DNA of 64,000 nucleotides from Octopus sinensis. Its lineage: Eukaryota. Below the pieces are notes generated by a model. That model was not told the DNA's origin. It saw only the letters and a list, made by a program, of their open reading frames with translations, and searched no databases. Shown piece by piece: positions 59,319 through 64,000 of this stretch. The stretch spans positions 155,062,001 to 155,126,000 of the forward strand of contig NC_042997.1 of NCBI RefSeq assembly GCF_006345805.1. The letters are read 5' to 3'. How positions within the stretch are numbered: the first letter of the stretch is position 1; each line of letters opens with the position of its first letter. Both the position numbers and the translations under genes were made by a program.

Positions 59319-62300
59319 TCATCATCATCATTTAACATCCGTTATGCATGCTGGTATGGGTTGGACAGTTTGACCAAGGCAGGCAAGGTAGAAGGTTACA
59401 CCAGTGTGATTTCACATGGTTTCTACAGCTGGATGCCCTTAGCGCCAACCACTCTGAAAGTGTAATAGGTGCTTTTACATGCCACTGGCATGGGTGCAAT
59501 TTGCATGACACCGGTATCTGCCATGACTGCAGTTTGCTGAGCATGATGAGTCTTCTTCTCAAGCGCAACATAATGCCAAAGGTCTTGGTCATTGCCCAAC
59601 ACTTGAAAGGAGCTCAGCCACTTTGCCTCCATGAGGCCCAATGCTCGAAAGGTGCATTTTATGTGCCACCTGCACAGGTGCCAGTAACATGACACCAGCA
59701 TCAGCCACAACTACGACTTCCCTTGGCTTGATGGGTCCCCTCAAGCACAGCACATTGTCAAAGGTTTCAGTCACCAGTCATTGCCTCCATGAGGACTACA
59801 GTTCAAAGATCATGCTTCACCACCTCATCCCATGTCTTCCTGGATCTACCACTACTACAGGTTCCCTCCACAATTAGAAACCAGCACTTCTTTACACGGC
59901 TGCCCTCATCTATATGCATCACATGACCATACCAGCACAGTTGTCTTTCTTGCACACCACATCTTATGCCTCTTATGCCTAACTTTTCTCTCAAGATGCT
60001 TACACTCTGTCAAACATGCACACTGACATTGCACATCCAGCGAAGCATACTGGCTTCATTTCTTTCAAACCTATGCAATTCCTTGGCTGTCATAGCTCAT
60101 GTTCCACTGTCATGTAGCATAGCTGTTCGCACATAGGCATCATACAATCTGTCTTTCACTCTGAGAGAGAGGCCCTTCATTGCCACTAGAGGTAGGAGCT
60201 CTCTGAACTTTGCCCATCCTAATCTTATTTTCACAGCTACACTCTCAGAGCATCTACTTCCACTACTAATTTGGTCACCTAGATAATGGAAGCTATCCAC
60301 TACCTCTAGCCTACTGCTCTGGTAGTTGATGGAGTCTATTTTCTGTGCATTTTTGGTGTTTACTGTACCCTGTGCAACTTCCACACACAAAAGCGATTTT
60401 CCCCGTTAACCTTCTTCTAATATTGCTGCATTTTTTATGTGTCCAAAGCTTACACCAGGTGCATCTTATGGAATTTCTACTTATGCCTTTCCTACAGATT
60501 GAGCAGGGCCATCTACCTGACAGACTTTAGTTTTTGCTTGGTTAACTCAAAGACCCTTTGATTCTAGACCTTGCTTCCATACCTAGAACTTCTCTAATTC
60601 TGGTTGTGATTCAGCTATAAGAATAAGGTCATCGGCATAAAGGAGCTCCCATGGAGCAGCCTGTCATAAATTCCTCTGTTATTGCCTAGAGGACTATGAT
60701 AAACAAGAGAGAACTGTGGACCAATTCTTGATAAACCCCTACTGTACCCTGAATTTTTCACTGTACTTGTTGCCAACTCTCACCTTACTGGTAGCATCCC
60801 TGTATATGGATTGTACAGCTCTCACCAACACTTGCTATACCTAGTTTCTACATTGACCCACTACATTGACCCAAGTCAACAAAAGCCAAGTGCAGAGGTT
60901 TATCTTTGGCTATGTATTTCTCCTGCGGCTACCTTACTAGAAATATAGCATCAGTGGTGCTTCTCCTTGGCACAAAACCAAACTGCATCTCATCTAGAGA
61001 TTGAGCAGGGCCATCTACCTAATTAGTCAGGCTATGACTCTCTCTGTAACTTTTATCACTTTATCCAACAATTTGATACCTCTGTAATTATTTCTATCTA
61101 AGGCATCACCTTTACCTTTGAAGCTCTTGACTATGGTACTGCTACACCAGTCATTGGGTATGACTCCTTTGTGAACCACCTGATTTACACTACAAGTGAC
61201 TAGACTATAACCCTCACTGCCAGATATTTTATGGATCTCAACAGTGATTCCTGGGGGCTTTCTTTGTCTTCATTACCAAGGTACTGTTGATTCAGGTAGC
61301 TGGTCACTCAACTGGGTCAATATTTGGCAGACTCTCCTCCCATTCATTCTCCATGTTCAGTAGTCTTTCCAAGCCTCTTTCTTTGCAGAATCATTAAATG
61401 CAAATGCACCATCATCCATGTGGGCATATTTCTCTCCTATGACATCACCATTTTCTCTCACACACTATCTTGCAATCTTCAATTTATTGGCACTCACGTT
61501 GCTAAACATAGGCAAACTTCTTCTTTTCTGCTTCCCTTCTGGCTACCTGATATAGTTCCCTACTCCCCCTACTCTTCCATGCCTGTTTCTATGTTCAAAT
61601 GGCTCTGTCTACAGCATCATTCCACTACCATGTTACCCTAGGTCTGGATGGGACTTTGCACCAGCTGCAGATTTGGTCTGTGACCCTCAGCAAGCTGCCT
61701 CATAGGAATTCCCTCATTGCCCTCTATATCACAAGTCTGTAGCACCTTCTCCCTCTCATCAAATTTCTCAATTAGGATGTCCCTAAATCTCTGAGCATAT
61801 GAAGGGTCCTTAAGCTTCCAAATCCTTCTTTTCTAGATTGGTCTGCTTCTTGGCATCCTTCTGGCCTGGAGTCTAAAGTCACTAATGACTAGTCTATGCA
61901 GGGGTGGGGGTACATTCTTCACCAGGGAGGGTCTTTGCATTTAAAAGCAACCATGCATCCTGCTGTCTGGTGAGAATGTAATCGATCTGGCTAGCAGTCA
62001 CCTGACTGGTAGGTTATCAGGTGGTTGGCTGGCTTCCTAAAGTTGATGTTGCAGAGCTTTATGTTATTTGCATCACAGAACTCCAGTAGCTTTGTTCCCT
62101 CTTTGTTTTGAGAACCAATTTCATGGTCCCCATATACACCATGAAAGATACCAGGCTGCCATCTGACATGCCTATTGAAATTTCCAGCTACAAAGATAAG
62201 ATCATTGTCACTCATCTTTGAGGTAACCTGTAGAAGTATATTATAAAAGAGGGCCTTCTCTTCATTTGGTAGGCCTGCTTGTTGGGTATAGGCAGAGATA

Positions 62301-62700
62301 AATGTCACTATACTATTCTGCAAGACTAGCCTGAGCTTAAGTACTATTGCATACTCTGACTATCTCTATGACCGTATCCACCCATTTCTATGCAAGAAGT
62401 ATGCCCACACCACCTATTCCATCACTGTTACCTTCCCAGAAGATTTTATACTGTTAGGAACCTGGCTGAAGCTCCTCTCCACCTTACCTCTTGGATGCAA
62501 CATACATCAACATGTCTCCAGTCAAGCATCTCAACAATCTCACTAGACCTACCTTTCAATGTGCCTACTTTGGCAATACCAACTCTGAAAACTGGAAAAG
62601 GGACATGGGAGGGAACATGGGAAGGAGAGATGGTATTCAGCACCTTAAAAGAAGGTTTCAATGATCATTTGATAACAGACATGTCACATCAGTTGTTCTT
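59319..62700 (-). mobile_element. Near-full-length decayed RTE LINE (APE endonuclease, RT, 3' UTR)
   Basis: VGTLKGRS...VDVCCIQEVRWRG, FISAY.QQ.G and GNFN.HV endonuclease motifs; RT remnants; (GAT)n tail at about 59319. Confidence 0.92.
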
Positions 62701-63088
62701 GCTTTAACCTACCATCATTCAAACATGTTAAAATTGTTGCCCCTATTGTCGGTGAGTGTAATGTAAGCATTGTAAATATAAGTGTTACTGCTGCAAATAT
62801 AAATAGGACAATGTTTAAATTAAGTAAGTAAGTAAATGAGTTACTATTGGTTAGTCCATTATATAAAGAGAAAGAGGTAGATGGTTTGTTAATTTATTAG
62901 GTAACACATCCCCCTTTTGGAGCATGCAGTAGTGTTGTTGATTGGTGGTGGTCTTCTGGTACAGAAGTGAGGCAGTGCCCTGTAGGGGTTTCCAGTATAG
63001 GTGGTGGGGGCAGGAGTGGGTGTGCACATCGCAAACAAGCAATGACCAGCTTCACTTCAAGAAATAGCAGTAAGAAGACACTAGCGAG

Positions 63089-63127
<39 letters not shown>

Positions 63128-63431
63128 AAAGACTTTATCGCTTGGGGAAAGCATAACAAAGACAAGGTGAGAATGTTTATGAATTTTAGAGAAGGTTGGA
63201 GAGGTCTGAGGAAACTATGGCAGAGGAAACGTGGCAAAGTATGGGAACACATGGGTTATGAAATGCAGAGAGGATATTGCAAAAGGATTGACAGAATTAC
63301 GATTTTAAAATTATTTGAAGAATTAAAGAATTACAAGTTGCGAAAGTTATTTTAGCTCAAACAGCAATATAGAATCCTGAGAAATTCATATTAGATGAAG
63401 TCACTGTAAAATTGGCAAGATTTTGAAATTA

Positions 63432-63996
63432 TTGGGTTGTCTGGAAAGTTTGTGTCGATTTATAGTAGCTTACCTTTCGACTTATTTTAGAACATGGTTG
63501 AGTCCATAAAATAGGATTTGACTACACTTCCATTTAGAGCACAGTTTAAGCTATTTTTCGTGGAAGAAGGTTTATGTTCCTATAACTTGTGTTAATTCTG
63601 TAACCCTTTAAAATGGAAGATAAGAAAGTTCATTTTCGGCACTTGATGCTTTGGGAACCAGACAAAAATTACTGCAGCTCAGCTGGAATGTGTTACCCCA
63701 CCCGCCATATTCACCAGATATTGCTCCTTCGGATTTCCACTTATCTAGGTCTCTGCAGAATAGTCTTAATGGTAAAAATTTCAATTTCTTGGATGGCGTA
63801 AAAAGATACCTCGATGAATTCTTTGCCATGAAACCTCCTCAATTCTGGGAAGTGGGTATTTTCAAGTTAAAGAAAAGATGGAGACGCATTCTGCAACAAA
63901 ATGGTTCATATTTGGTTAATTAAAAATGTAATAGCAATTATTTATTGACCTTTTTCTTTCCTTTAAAAATCGGCACGAACTTTCCGGACAACCCAA
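63432..63996 (+). mobile_element. Internally deleted mariner, same family as 6067
   Basis: TA-flanked TIRs; WNVLPHPPYSPDIAPSDFHL peptide. Confidence 0.93.
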
Positions 63997-64000
63997 TACA

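Noticed and set aside
56950-64000. Divergent plus-strand gene from a bidirectional promoter
   Set aside because: No convincing exon or conserved peptide; the region is SINE, LINE, mariner and gag-like debris.

Overview
AT-rich, microsatellite- and repeat-dense animal genomic DNA. The repeat families suggest an octopus or other coleoid cephalopod (inference). One protein-coding gene is supported: DEPDC5/Iml1 (GATOR1 subunit) on the minus strand. I reconstructed it by hand from a promoter at about 56.85 kb and start codon at 56302 through 20 phase-consistent GT-AG coding exons down to 3361. Three more tentative exons follow, and the gene continues past base 1. Intron 1 is 25.7 kb. The rest is transposon-derived: two tRNA-derived SINE families, RTE-clade LINEs, mariner, hAT, piggyBac-type MITEs, a Helitron, and R4/Dong, DIRS-like and Gypsy-like remnants. 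Most listed ORFs are microsatellite or repeat artefacts. The most notable unannotated signals are: (1) several minimal type I hammerhead-ribozyme motifs in the introns, one with a complete catalytic core in sense orientation at 49374-49418; (2) a textbook recursive-splicing (AG|GT ratchet) site in intron 1; (3) a uORF whose stop overlaps the DEPDC5 start codon (AUGA), plus twin hairpins in the leader; (4) three RTE elements stacked head-to-tail inside a (TA)n tract, one with its 3' UTR amplified into a ~330-bp tandem array; (5) frame-preserving candidate alternative exons. Coordinates were counted by eye, so repeat boundaries are approximate.
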